Positions 1-11,056 of a DNA stretch of 64,000 nt are shown in pieces. The first letter of the stretch is position 1; every line of letters starts with the position of its first letter. Below the pieces are notes generated by a model that saw nothing but the letters and a program-made list of their open reading frames with translations, had not been told where the DNA came from and searched no databases. The position numbers were made by a program, and so were the translations under genes. The DNA comes from Antedon mediterranea (lineage: Eukaryota > Animalia > Echinodermata), in NCBI RefSeq assembly GCF_964355755.1, contig NC_092673.1, positions 12,186,948 through 12,250,947 on the forward strand, given 5' to 3'.

Positions 1-540
1 GTATGATATTCAGATAAAATCATATCATTTTCACTACAGAAATCTGCCAACTCTTTCCCGAAATTTTTCCTATGATCGGCATTAAAATCACCACATACTA
101 TATTTTTATAATAATTATACTCAAAAATATTTTTAATTCTACTTAAATATTCCATAAATTCAAATAAAGAATCGTCATCTTTTTCATACGGCATATAAAT
201 ATTAATCATCAAGGTACTTTCCCTATCGTCTATCAATTCTATACCACACAATCTGGGGTCATTAAAATTGTTGAATGTAATAAAATTACTAAAACATTTC
301 CTAAATAGCACAGCGACACCTCCAAACGGCCGACCAACAAGTAATTTAGAAGAATCAACCGCGGACACTTCCATCCCATCAAATTCCTCGTGTATAGACT
401 TAAGTAAACCTAATTCTTCATGTAGAAGCCAATGCACTTGTATAAAAATTATATCAAAATTTTCACACAACTTATTTATTTCACTAAGTTTAAGCGATTT
501 ACAGTTACTGTATATGAAATACATCGTAAGTGATTGTTCT
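1..540 (-). pseudogene. LINE ORF2 APE endonuclease N-terminal fragment
   Basis: Manual translation gives IIFIQVHWL, GRPFGGVAVLFR, INIYMPY and VCGDFNAD. Confidence 0.8.
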
Positions 541-649
541 CATTTCCATTCATTATTGCCATCTGTCTTCCTTATCTCGTAAAACTTTCGAATATAAGCA
601 CCATCAGGCCACAGCAGAGCATTCATTAACTTAGCTTTTGTATCATGTT

Positions 650-1660
650 TTATATCGTTACTATAATAACAAAAGAAGTGCAATCATCACGTTTAGAGTC
701 CAATTTCTGTACTTCCACACGGATGTTTAACTCTTTTAGCAGGTGTGATTTCACCTCATCATCAGTTGTCTCAATGTGAAGGTCACCAACATACACTTTA
801 AATGGGGGTGCAGGTCTACTTTTTAAGTTCATGTTCTTCCCCTTACCTCGCTCATAATTATGAGATTTAGTCTTTCGTTTACGATTTACAATCAGCCACT
901 TGCTTTCACTAACATCAGGTATCGTATCATTAACAACAGGCGCATCGACACCGGTAGCTACATGATTCTCAATTAGGGGAATCCCCTCATTACGTAATCC
1001 ATCAGGGTATGCATTGTTTACGTTTGCTTGAGCAACAACCGTATCGTTTTTGTTCGCTATATGCTTAGGTAGGATAACTGTTTGTTTACTGATCACAGGG
1101 GTGACACTAATAGGAATATGTCCATATTTCTGGGATGTATTAGTTTTCTCTTCTATTAAGTCTCTGACTTGCTGCGACAACTTGCACCTCTGATTGGTAG
1201 CATATGCAATATCTGCCTTTACAACATGAAAATCAGACCTAAGCTTTTGCATCTCACTAAACAACACAGTCGCGTCAATGTTATCCATACCAACCTGTGG
1301 GATTTTTGATAAATCTGCTGCAACAAAAGTAGGTAGCTTGGATATATCACAATGAATTAGGTAGCCTATCAGATCCGTAAGTATCCTATTCGCCTTTCGT
1401 CTTGGTTTATGTACATCATTATCCGGGTCTGCAACGTAAGCAGCCAGTAAACATTTTGCTTTCGTGACATCTTCTAATGAAAAATTCGCCATACTTATTG
1501 CATGTAGCCTATCGAAAGGCTTCGATCCAATATTATTGACAATAAAACATAACAGCTCATCTATCACCATATTCTGTCCCAAATTACCATACATCGCTGT
1601 TCTTGTTATCATCAATCCTACAAGCGTTATAAACAGATGGAATGTCATCTTCATTATCAC
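650..1660 (-). CDS. LINE ORF1 protein (N-terminal ELLCF..LPTFVAADL domain, coiled coil, C-terminal RRM-like region); frameshifted near the C-terminus
   Basis: 336-aa ORF with RRM-like VYVGDL; the typical LWPDGAYIRKFY tail lies in another frame just downstream (about 580-640). Confidence 0.75.
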   Translation of the reverse strand: MIMKMTFHLFITLVGLMITRTAMYGNLGQNMVIDELLCFIVNNIGSKPFDRLHAISMANFSLEDVTKAKCLLAAYVADPDNDVHKPRRKANRILTDLIGYLIHCDISKLPTFVAADLSKIPQVGMDNIDATVLFSEMQKLRSDFHVVKADIAYATNQRCKLSQQVRDLIEEKTNTSQKYGHIPISVTPVISKQTVILPKHIANKNDTVVAQANVNNAYPDGLRNEGIPLIENHVATGVDAPVVNDTIPDVSESKWLIVNRKRKTKSHNYERGKGKNMNLKSRPAPPFKVYVGDLHIETTDDEVKSHLLKELNIRVEVQKLDSKRDDCTSFVIIVTI

Positions 1661-2267
1661 TTACTGTTTCATCATCGGATATCCTTAATGTTTCGGGAAC
1701 CACTTGCCTAGGCCCATTCATAATTCGCGCCAAATCACTCTATTGTCCGACAGGCAGCTGGCCACGGAACGCACCCTGTTTACAAGGTTTCCCCTTTTTA
1801 CAATGGGGTCGATCAAGTGGAGAAACCCAAGCTAACGGGGCTAGCAACCGTCAATTAAAAGTGTATATGATTATAGACACTATAATCACTCAATTTCAAC
1901 TTCCGATTCATCCAATATTACGGTCATCCTTAAAACACATAGGCCTATTAGATATCAAGTTGATATTTAGATTCGTAATATTAGCTTCGAGATCTGAGCC
2001 ATAGAGATCAAAATCTAGACGAGCATCGTAACGTAGCTCACGTCACTGATATTGTTTCAGTTTATATCTTTACATAATAAATGTGTGCTTTTAATATGAT
2101 TTTAGCCATTTGGTTTTTGGGTTAATGATTTGTTACCAGGAAGCCAAACAGAACATGCATAATTAATTGTGGGAAGACCAATTGTATTCCATAACAAATT
2201 ACCATAATATACTCTGTGGAAGGTTTAGAATGAATGTTCTTTGCCTATAATGTGTTTATATATATAT

Positions 2268-2540
2268 GAAATGACAATGCTGTGGGTATCAGTGGCTGGA
2301 TCATTTTTTCAGTAATTTGCTTTAGGATATGAGAGCACTGCTTCGATAATTTGACAGTATGTATGTATATATATATATATCCAGAGGCAAATTACTGAAA
2401 AAAATGACAATGCTGTGGGTATCAGTGGCTGGATCTCAATGGAGATACAAAAATAAAAAGCGAAAAGCTAAATCAAAACGATAAAGTAAACAGCCAGAAA
2501 AGTTAGCAGAGCTTTCGGGCAACACTAGCCCTTCATCAGT
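2268..2540 (-). mobile_element. Penelope-like terminal-repeat relic in (TA)n, carrying a minimal hammerhead core
   Basis: About 34 bp block duplicated at 2269 and 2402, flanked by TA runs; CTGATGA-a-GGGC-tagtgtt-GCCC-GAAA-GCTC on the minus strand. Confidence 0.6.
2509..2539 (-). ncRNA. Minimal type-I hammerhead ribozyme core (helix I apparently lost)
   Basis: CUGAUGA, 4-bp stem II (GGGC/GCCC), GAAA, palindromic AGCU, UC cleavage site. Confidence 0.65.
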
Positions 2541-2626
2541 ATATATATATATATTTTTTAGTACAGTAGTTAGTAGTACTGTATTTGATTTGAAGAAACA
2601 TTTCGTCATTTATATTTATAATGAAG

Positions 2627-2796
2627 GTGAGCAATCAATGAGTACAAAACGGAAGAAGTCCCGAAGGAATCGAACCACTTTCAGCTCGGTTCAGTTAGAA
2701 GCATTAGAGAAGGTGTTTGAACGTACTCATTATCCGGATGCATTCTTGCGAGAGGAACTAGCAAAAAAGGTAGACCTCAGTGAAGCTAGAGTTCAG
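2627..2796 (+). CDS. prrx: Paired-related homeobox (Prrx), homeodomain exon
   Basis: [50 protein letters not shown] is the Prrx-type homeodomain ([10 protein letters not shown]). AG at 2625-2626 (phase 1); donor GTTAGT at 2797, the canonical paired-class intron position (Q|VWF). Upstream exon(s) lie outside the window or were not recognised. Confidence 0.9.
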
Positions 2797-3164
2797 GTTA
2801 GTAAACATAAAATATACATTACATAATAAAATCAACATTTTTATTTATAAACCCCCATGCAAAAATGTATTTATCTTATGCTTAGCATTAATGTCTCACA
2901 GAATGGTGTAACACTTGGCATATGAATGTGAATGCATCTAAATGCAAGATAAAGTCACCCTTTTATTTTGATTCAAATCAACTAGTTTAAAGATAGTTTC
3001 TGTCCACAAAGATATGGGAATTTGTATTGATAGTACAGTAACATCTAGTTGTCATATTGTTTATTTAACTTTCTTTGGAGGCACTGCCAAAACATCAACG
3101 ACAGAAAAGCATTAATCGTTTTACATAAATTTTTCGTAAGGCCTAATTTAGAATAGAAGGATTT

Positions 3165-3222
3165 TTAGTCGCCTGCAAACGCTACTCTATATCTCACTAT
3201 GTCGGTCGGTCGGTTGGTCGTA
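3165..3222 (+). mobile_element. HINE/DINE-1-like (Helentron-associated) 5' fragment
   Basis: TTTTAGTCGC...CTCTATATCTCACTATGTCGGTCGGTCGG, the same head as the copies at 3873 and 13420. Confidence 0.6.
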
Positions 3223-3872
3223 AGTATAACTCAAATGTACTTAGTATAAAGTACAAATTACGTCAGAGTAGGGCAATACATTTATTGATGAATTTCTTTT
3301 TTCTCTTAAGAAAATAAAATTGATGTGAGTATTATTCATTCACAATTTTAAAAATGCCAGGCTTATACAATATAGGCCTATCTCTTGCATCGTTCACTAA
3401 TATTAGACATTTGGCTAAATTATTATTTATTATTTATCCATTTAATTTATATTATAAATATGAAGATACCACTCCATTATAAAATAATAAGACAGGAATG
3501 GGGCATGCAATAGAGAAGTCTAAAGTTTATTTTTCATTTTAAAATTCTCATGATGGCAATATTTGGCTACACATTACATCGTGTTTGACTGTATTCATTC
3601 GCTCTGTGTTCATTTTTACAATTTCCAGTTATTAACGCCCAAGTTCCTGCATTCGAGAGCCATCTGGGCAATTGCAATCGCGTATAAATACATTTACTAA
3701 GGACGTAGGTTTTTATAGGACGTAGGCCTATTTAGTTTTATTCGTACAGTATTCTCATTTTTTGACAAGTTTTTCTTTCGGAATTCTCAGGGTACTAATT
3801 TCAGTTGATTACATAAATCACCGTGTCTATATTATTATCCTGTGGTGCGTACATTTTGAAATCGCCAGTTTT

Positions 3873-3990
3873 TAGTCGCGTGGTCGCGTGCAATGCGACT
3901 CTACAGCTCACTATGTCGGTCGGTAGGTCGGTCGGTTGGTCGGTAAACACTAACTTGAGCACGCGACTGCAGCCATGTATATGGCCTTGT
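3873..3990 (+). mobile_element. Short complete HINE/DINE-1-like element
   Basis: Subterminal inverted repeat AGTCGCGTG/CACGCGACT, (GTCG)n microsatellite, 3' stem-loop GCCAT..ATGGC followed by CTTGTTTT; T-run flanks. Confidence 0.75.
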
Positions 3991-4006
3991 TTTACGCTGA
4001 AATTAA

Positions 4007-4064
4007 CATGTATTCGAGAACCAGCACCTAGATGGTACGTGAGCGAAGCGAGCGTACCATCTAG
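4007..4064 (+). mobile_element. Helitron 3'-end fragment (hairpin ending CTAG|T); duplicated at 4236-4272
   Basis: CTAGATGGTACG-loop-CGTACCATCTAG followed by T; same family as the terminus at 7165. Confidence 0.65.
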
Positions 4065-5190
4065 TCTTTAAAATTTAAGCTGCTATCAAACACCCTTCCC
4101 CTTGAAAGAAAAACACCTAAATGATAAAATGACCCTAATGCTAATGGTTGTTGTAAATTGTGCAACAGAAATGAAAAAGAAACCATTATGCACTTTCTCT
4201 TAACATGTACGACTCTAGAGGAAGAAAGAAAAGACCTAGATGGTACGTGAGCAAAGCGAGCGTACCATCTAGTCTAAAATTTAAGCTGCTATCAAACACC
4301 CTTCCCCTTGAAAGAAAAACACCTAATGGTTGTTGTAAATTGTGCAACAGAAATAGAGAAGAAACCATTATGCACTTTTTCTTAACATGCAGGACTCTAG
4401 AAGAAGAAAGAAAAGATAAATTGCTAAATTCCAACAATAAGTTTTGTATCATATTTATAAATATTTTCAAAATTTAGATTTAATCAACAAAACTCTTCTT
4501 AGTCTAGGCAATGACAAGGATTTAATAATAATAATAATACTGTATTACTTAATCTCTAATTGAAAAATCATTGGCTAAATCTTTGTGGAAGGAACGATGT
4601 GCTATTTTAAACTATGTCATGCTGTTGTGTTATAAATTGCTTTCCAACTTTTTTGTGTCATTTCTATTTCTGTTTAGTTAATGTTACGTTTATAAGTATC
4701 TTTGTTTAATTTTAGTGTTTTGTATTACATACACCATTATACTCTTTTTGATTCATTTTTACTCATACCATGAAATTAATTTTATTTATGTCTTTGTATA
4801 ATTAAGCCTTTTGTGTGTATCTAAACACAATACGACACACTTTATTTATTTTTTATTCATTTTAATGTATGTTTTATTTTTAATTTATTTTTGTCTGCCT
4901 TATATTTTGTATTTCATACTACTTTTTATTATTATTTTCATTAATTCTGATTTATTATAAGTTAATAATTGCATTTATTTTTTACGTCTTTTATGTTATT
5001 TTTTTGGCATTTATTTTGTTATGATTTGGTCGCACCTTTATCATCAAAGAGTGCCACTATTGTAAAAAGTAAAGTTTCCAATAAATTGTCATTGCCATTT
5101 CCATTATCATCATCATCCCTAACACCATCGTCATCATTATCTTATTACCTATTACTATCACTATCACTTTTATCACTATTATTTATTACA
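4065..5190 (+). mobile_element. 5'-truncated LINE 3' end (C-terminal zinc-finger region, 3'UTR, simple-repeat tail) in the prrx intron; first ~200 bp tandemly duplicated
   Basis: CKLC..EETIMHFFLTC motif present twice; AATAAA at about 5080 followed by a (TCA/TTA)n tail. Confidence 0.6.
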
Positions 5191-5340
5191 CAATGTATCC
5201 CGTAACAATGTATATGATGGTGACACTTATTTTAATTGATGTTGATTAACTGATGTACTTACAAAAACAAGTGCCAGTGTTTTGATTATATATGAACATA
5301 ATATCTATGTATAACCCATATTCATTTTTTTTTTATGAAG

Positions 5341-5634
5341 GTTTGGTTTCAAAATCGACGAGCAAAGTTTCGTAGAAACGAGCGTAGTTCTCATGCAACG
5401 AAATCATCGTCGACGATGCGGCAACCATTTACCGAGGCAGTGGCGGTAGAACAACCGATTGCTGCGCGACCACGACCAGTCTCGTCTGATTTCCCTGCCA
5501 TCTGGAACTCAAACTGCTATGGCAATATGAACATGGTCCAGTCAACCTCGATGTTTGGAATTGAAAGTGATTCCATTAACGTCCAAAACTGGAGGATGAG
5601 ATCACGTGAATTGAATGCTCAGCCCATGCTATAG
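5341..5634 (+). CDS. prrx: Prrx terminal coding exon (homeodomain helix 3, VEQPI motif, degenerate OAR-like tail)
   Basis: Poly-T tract plus AG at 5339-5340; VWFQNRRAKFRRNER (Q50) and AVEQPIAARPRP match Prrx family motifs; TAG at 5632-5634. Confidence 0.92.
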   Translation, partial: VWFQNRRAKFRRNERSSHATKSSSTMRQPFTEAVAVEQPIAARPRPVSSDFPAIWNSNCYGNMNMVQSTSMFGIESDSINVQNWRMRSRELNAQPML

Positions 5635-5807
5635 AGTTGTATTTGACGCTATGAAAACAAGCAGGTCTATTTATTTTATATGAGTATTATATAAGTCATT
5701 GTGCTTTCACACGTAGAGTAAATGATGTTTACTCTGAGGAATTAGAATAATTTCACTTAAATAGCAATTATATATTTTTTGCCGGGTATAAATTAATTGA
5801 TTATAAA

Positions 5808-5813
5808 AATAAA
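5808..5813 (+). promoter_or_regulatory. Candidate polyadenylation signal of prrx
   Basis: AATAAA about 175 bp after the stop codon; weak evidence in AT-rich DNA. Confidence 0.3.
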
Positions 5814-7164
5814 TGAATATTAATTTGGGTTAAATATTACATCAAGGAGGATATATCTGGACTTTCGTAGATTACATACCCATTGTTCTTATAACATTAT
5901 AATATCCGGATTATTATTTAAATGTACATTTTTACTTACATAAGTAATAATAGAAATGGCAATGATTAAGATTATCAATTGTAAAATATGCATATTAAAT
6001 GGATGGATAAATTTCTTTTTGTAAATGATAGATATTCAGGCCCCGTTTCTGCTGCCAAAAATATACCGTATATATACGGTATATACGGTATATTTTTTGG
6101 CAGCAGAAATGGGTCTCATAAAAAATATACCGTATGCGGTATATATACCGCATAAATATCCCCATCGTTTGTGGATATTATACGGTATATTCCAAAATAT
6201 ACCGTATATTTCGTACCCCGTTTCTGATGCACTCAAAATATACCGTATATGTGACCCGGCCCATGACACGAGGTCAAAAACTAACAGAGCGTGACGCGTT
6301 TGTTTGGTTTTTCTGCTGCATTGACACACACGCAAGCAACAGATCAAAATATCACTGTGGACTGAAGAAATAACTATTTTGCAATTCAATTGTGGGGAGA
6401 AGCGAAGGTTGGGGGGGGGGGGGGGGGGAGAGACTGCATGGTAACAGAAGAGATACCGAGATTTACAAAAGTATCTCAAACAAAATAAAAGCAGAATTTG
6501 TGGTAGACTTAATAACGCCAAATTTATCGGCAAACGCCGTCGTCTTCTTTGCATAATATAATAAATATAATAGTAGAGCAGTTAATGACATGAGCTGTGC
6601 ATTTTATTACCAAAGCATGAAACTTGGCACAAAGTTTCTTTGATGTATATAGATTCAAAATATCAGGGGGTGCCAAGTGTCCAACGTCCGGTATGGCGGC
6701 CATCTTGATTTCAAAATGGCCACCATAAAAACAAAAAATGTTCATATCTTGGCAACTATGCACATTAGAGACTTAATTCTGGTCTCAAATTGTTCACAAA
6801 CTATATATTTCTATTTGCTCTAATGAAAAGTTTCGTCCAAAAATAACCGGAAATGACATTTCTTACAGTTTGACCTTTGACCTCGTATTTGTATATCTCT
6901 GTAAACTACTGGTCATTTTCAATCGATTTTGTTGAGAATAAATACATTTATATTTGTAGTAATGAAACATTTTCACATAAAATGACCGGAAATACAATTT
7001 ATGACCTTTGACATTAATTTATTGATTTTGAATTATGTGAATATACTGTAGGTGGTTTTTGTTGGTCTAAAGTGCACCTAATTTTGAACTTTAACCTGAT
7101 AGGCGTAATTATATTAAATGATTAATGGACTTAAATTGTATATAGTACATAAAATTGGTAAACA

Positions 7165-9720
7165 CTAGATGGCACGCTCGCTTCGCTCGCGTACCATCTA
7201 GGGGTGCTCACAGATGGTTCTCGAATACAGTAGAATCCACGGACGGGGACTTTTTTGGGACACTAAACAAAAACGGAAGTGTCCCCCTAATTGGGGTATT
7301 CAGAAATAGAGACAACAAAACCAATACTGGATTCCATAAAGGACAATTAATTTATGTGGATTAAAGAAATTAGGGAGAAATGGAAATGTATGTACGTACG
7401 GGAATTGGGCGGCACGTGGTGGTGGTGATGGAACCGCAGTAATAAAGTTGATTGTATTTATATATTATAAGAACCAAACTAAATAAATAGACCTAGACAT
7501 TCTGCGAAATGGAAATCGGAAATTCAAGCTCCTATTCAGTGAAAAATTAAACTGTAGTCTACCTAAATATTTAGGGCAAATCATCGGTTGTGGTGTTGAA
7601 ATTCCTGTAAACATTTGTGTGAACCAAACTGGGTCGAATTTCTGTCATGAGTACTGATTTGTTGGCCTGTGATTTATGACGCCTAAGGGATCTATCTAGA
7701 CTTATTTTTTAGAATAATGTACGTACCTGTCAGATACAATTGTCTTGTGTCGTATAATAAATAAGTACTGTAATAGTTACTGAAGTTACTATTACAATCT
7801 CGTCAATGAAAACACGAAAATGTATATGCACTTACTTATGAAAACGTATACAGTATTATACTCAGTTATTGAAATAGTAGGTTTAAAAAAGTTTCGTTTG
7901 TCTGTAAAATGATGTAATCAAGCTGTTTACATGAGTCTTAATTTATAAGCACATCAATAATAAAATAGTTTATCTATCCTGTAATTGGCGAGATTATGGT
8001 CGCTGTTGAATGAAATAAAGCCAATCGGTATCATATTTGTACAGAAACGTTTTCGCGGCCGAAGGGTGTAACCTAAATTCGTTGTATTATCGTCAAGAAC
8101 TAACTGTAACTAAACTTACATAGAAAGTAGGGTATCATAAATTTGGCCTTAGCACTCGGGGGAGTGGCTAAGATGAAGTCCGTGGGACTACTAAATATAA
8201 ATTGTAATGAACCTCGAGGGACATAAATAGGAATATTTCATGTTTCATTATCAATGTATAATAAATGGAAACTGTTTACCGATTCAAATAATAGAAATTG
8301 GTTTTTAACATTTTCCGAACCTATTGCAAGTTTATTCTCAAAGGGCCCATATATTTACCTACCGTATGTGTTAAACCAAGGGCTCATAAATTTACCTACA
8401 GTACTTGTGTTAAACCAAACTCTGGCAGACTGAGAGATTGGGATGTTCCATTCATCGCAAATCAATACATTTGTATAATCGTATATTAAATCTATCAAAA
8501 TAGTATTTTTTAAAGAAAATCGGCCTGTCTTCAACATTATGATGGTGTACTCTAGCAATCTATCAAAATAGTATTTTTTAAAGAAAATCGGCCTGTCTTC
8601 AACATTATGATGGTGTACTCTAGCTGTTCAACCGGTTTTCAGCTATTAAAAACAATTATCGTAGGAGGAGATAGGAAAATGCGAAGCCTCCTCGCTATGT
8701 AACATTAGGGTTGAGGGATGGGAAAGCGGATAGGTACAAAGAGGAACAATTTTTAAATATATTCTTTATCCACTGAGTAACGAAATATTTTGTTCATGTT
8801 TTATAGGCCTATAAATAATATACCTCTAAATACAGTAGGCCTAAAACATTTGCGATTTAATACTTTGTTAAAACTGTCACTGTCATAATCGATTGAAATA
8901 TTAAAGTACATGTCACGATACACCACTACGACGTTTATATTTTTGGTAATTATTAATTAATACAAACGTTGAGAAGGAACTGTCAGTATAAAGTTTATTT
9001 GTATATCTAACAGTAGAGCCTATCCACAGTCTCAGTAATAAAGTTTATATTTTTATATTACATCTAACAGTAGGAACATTCACAGTAAGAAATGTTCGAT
9101 TCAAATGAAAAATAGTTAATAGGTATTTACAGTATTGTCGTATTGCAAGTTTATTCTCAAAGGGCCCATATATTTACCTACCGTATGTGTTAAACCAAGG
9201 GCTCATAAATTTACCTACAGTACTTGTGTTAAACCAAACTCTGGCAGACTGAGAGATTGGGATGTTCCATTCATCGCAAATCAATACATTTGTATAATCG
9301 TATATTAAATCTATCAAAATAGTATTTTTTAAAGAAAATCGGCCTGTCTTCAACATTATGATGGTGTACTCTAGCCGTTCAACCGGTTTTCAGCTATTAA
9401 AAACAATTATCGTAGGAGGAGATAGAAAAATGCGAAGCCTCCTCGCAATTTTTTGGCGGGTATTTTTCAAGATGGACATCCATTAGACAGTGTATACCAC
9501 GATCGGAAAACACCCCTATTTGGGGCAAATCGTTGAACCTAAATTCGTTTTAATCGTCAATAACTAATTATCTAACTCAATTTAATTAGTAAACAGGGTT
9601 ACATCAGGCGGTTAAAATCAGTACCGAAAGTACGAACCAACTTTACATACCATCGAGTGAAAATTCTAGAAGTAAGGCGCGATTTATCGAATTTTGCCCT
9701 TACGTAAATTTATATATAGA
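7165..9720 (-). mobile_element. Non-autonomous Helitron (about 2.6 kb)
   Basis: Minus strand starts A|TCTATATATAAA at 9720 and ends in a hairpin with CTAG|T at 7165; no TSD. The 5' boundary is inferred from the motif alone. Confidence 0.65.
8322..9446. repeat. Near-identical ~300-bp direct repeat pair (8322-8695, 9141-9446); the first copy has an internal tandem duplication
   Basis: Direct sequence identity; explains the duplicate ORFs at 8355 and 9174. Confidence 0.9.
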
Positions 9721-10049
9721 TTGTGCTTGGTGGTACCATTAGTTCAATGATGTTGGCACCTTCTGATTCGCTAAAAGTTTTAATAGTTTGACAGAGGAAA
9801 TAACATACATGTTATTGAATACCGTAAAACCTCGAAAAGGTGATATATGAGCTTCTTTTCGAGACAGACTGTATTTGATTGTCAAATGAATAGTATGATG
9901 ATCGTGTTTATATCAATATATTATTAATGACCTTACAAAGAACCCTTTCTATTTCAACAATTAAGCCACAGTTATTCTACAATTTATTGTTTTCCAAGTG
10001 GTAGGCCTATTTTGATTGCATCTTATTTTTGTATGCTTCCTCGGTTAAT

Positions 10050-11056
10050 ATGGTCCTAACCCTCCTTCTTTGTCTGTAGATGGTATACCCCATTCTTTGT
10101 CTGTGGATGGTCTTATACCCGCTTCTGTGTCTGTTGATGGTATTATTACACCCCTTTCTTTATGTGTGGATGGTCTTACACCCATTTCTTTGTCTGTAGA
10201 TGGTCTTACACCCCTTTGTCTGTGTATGGTCCTACACTCCCTTCTTTGTCTGTGGATGGTCCTACACCCCCTTCTTTTTCTGTGGATGGTCCTACACCCC
10301 CTTCTTTGTCTGTGGATAGTCTTATGCCCCCTTATTTGTCTATGGATGGTCTTACACCCCTTTCTTTGTCTGTGGACGGTCTATACCCCTTTCTTTGTCT
10401 GTGGATGGTCTTATACCCCCTTCTGTGTCTGTTGATGGTATTACACCCCTTTCTTTGTCTGTTGATGGTATTAAACCCCTTTCTTTGTGTGTGGATGGTC
10501 TTACACCCCCTTCTTTGTCTGTGGATGGTCTTATACCCCTTCTTTGTCTGTGGATGGTTTTATATCCCCTTCTTTGTCTGTGGATGGTCTTCTCCCCTTC
10601 TTTGTCTGTGGGTGGTTCTACACCCTCTTCTTTGTCTGTGGATGGTCTTACACCCATTATTTGTCTGTGGATGGTCTTATACCCTCTTCTTTGTCTGTAA
10701 GTGGTCCTACCCCTTTCTTTGTCAGTGGATGGTCTTGCACCCCCTTCTTTGTCTGTGGACGGTCCTATACCCCTTTTTTTGGTCAGTGGATGGTCTTATA
10801 CCCCCTTCTTTGTCTGTGGACGGTCCTACATCCCCTTCTTTGTCTGTAGATGGTCTTATACCCCCTTCTTTGTCTGTGGACGGTCCTACATCCCCTTCTT
10901 TGTCTGTAGATGGCCTTACACCCCTTTCTTTGTCTGTGGATGGTCTTATACCTCCTTCTTTGTGTGTGGATGGTCTTACACCCCCTTCTTTGTCTGTGGA
11001 TGGTCTTACACCCCCTTTTTTGTCTGTGGATGGTCTTACACCCCCTTCTTTGTCTG
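10050..11056. repeat. 30-bp minisatellite, consensus TCTGTGGATGGTCTTACACCCCCTTCTTTG, roughly 33 copies
   Basis: Visible tandem periodicity with occasional 1-2 bp indels. Confidence 0.95.

Larger units (their letters stand above)
1..2045 (-). mobile_element. 5' part of a LINE (CR1/L2-group-like): 5'UTR, ORF1 and the start of the ORF2 endonuclease; runs off the left edge
   Basis: ORF1 at 650-1660 is followed on the minus strand by APE-endonuclease motifs (NCKSL...DIIFIQ.HWL...GRPFGGVAVL...NIYMPY...CGDFNA). The 5' boundary is approximate. Confidence 0.85.

Noticed and set aside
6025-6554. Tyr/Ile-rich ORFs
   Set aside because: Translation of ATACCGTAT subterminal arrays and a poly-G run in the Kolobok-like end.
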